Assembly: GCA_002189035.1 (NCBI GenBank)
Contig: NEEC01000016.1
Span: 1,984,001-2,048,000, forward strand
From: Utricularia gibba
Taxonomy: Eukaryota; Plantae; Magnoliophyta
Direction: 5' to 3'
DNA length: 64,000 nt
The notes below the pieces were generated by a model. That model did no database searches. It was not told where the DNA came from and worked only from the letters and a program-made list of their open reading frames with translations. Of this stretch, positions 63,871 to 64,000 are shown piece by piece; position 1 is the stretch's first letter; every line of letters begins with the position of its first letter. A program made the translations under genes and the position numbers.

Positions 63871-64000
63871 TGCAGGCATAGCATACCATTCATAAGAGGA
63901 AAGCTTGAAGCTCGAATGATGTCCGATTGTATTTAATAATTCTGAGCTTTTTTAAAAAACCTTTTTGAATTTGACCTTGTGATGTTTGCCAATAATACAA

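Noticed and set aside
1-64000. CRISPR arrays, rRNA, tRNA genes, prokaryotic defence systems
   Set aside because: None seen; the window is intron-rich plant nuclear DNA.

Overview
AT-rich flowering-plant nuclear DNA; the species cannot be named from the sequence. Seven spliced protein-coding genes were reconstructed by hand from GT-AG junctions: FCF1/UTP24 (-), a HIPP39-like gene (-), dihydroxyacetone kinase (+), an SGR5/IDD14-16-type zinc finger (+), CHLM (+), glycyl-tRNA synthetase (+) and Tudor-SN (-). A deleted calnexin pseudogene lies next to Tudor-SN. The rest is mostly decayed, partly nested transposons: a chromovirus-type Ty3/gypsy element, Athila and Tat fragments, five solo LTRs, two MULEs (one carrying a plant mobile domain), PIF/Harbinger, two hATs and copia remnants. 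I found no tRNA, rRNA, CRISPR array or conserved miRNA, and no clearly new biological system. The best leads are: (i) three 1-bp deletions in G/C runs that break HIPP and DAK, possibly assembly errors; (ii) an apparently extra intron in the IDD gene flanked by a 7-bp direct repeat; (iii) a GlyRS lacking the WHEP domain and presequence; (iv) a canonical G-quadruplex motif just past the Tudor-SN stop codon; (v) a calnexin pseudogene convergent on Tudor-SN; (vi) a PMD-carrying MULE. Family assignments rest on recalled motifs; no database searches were run.
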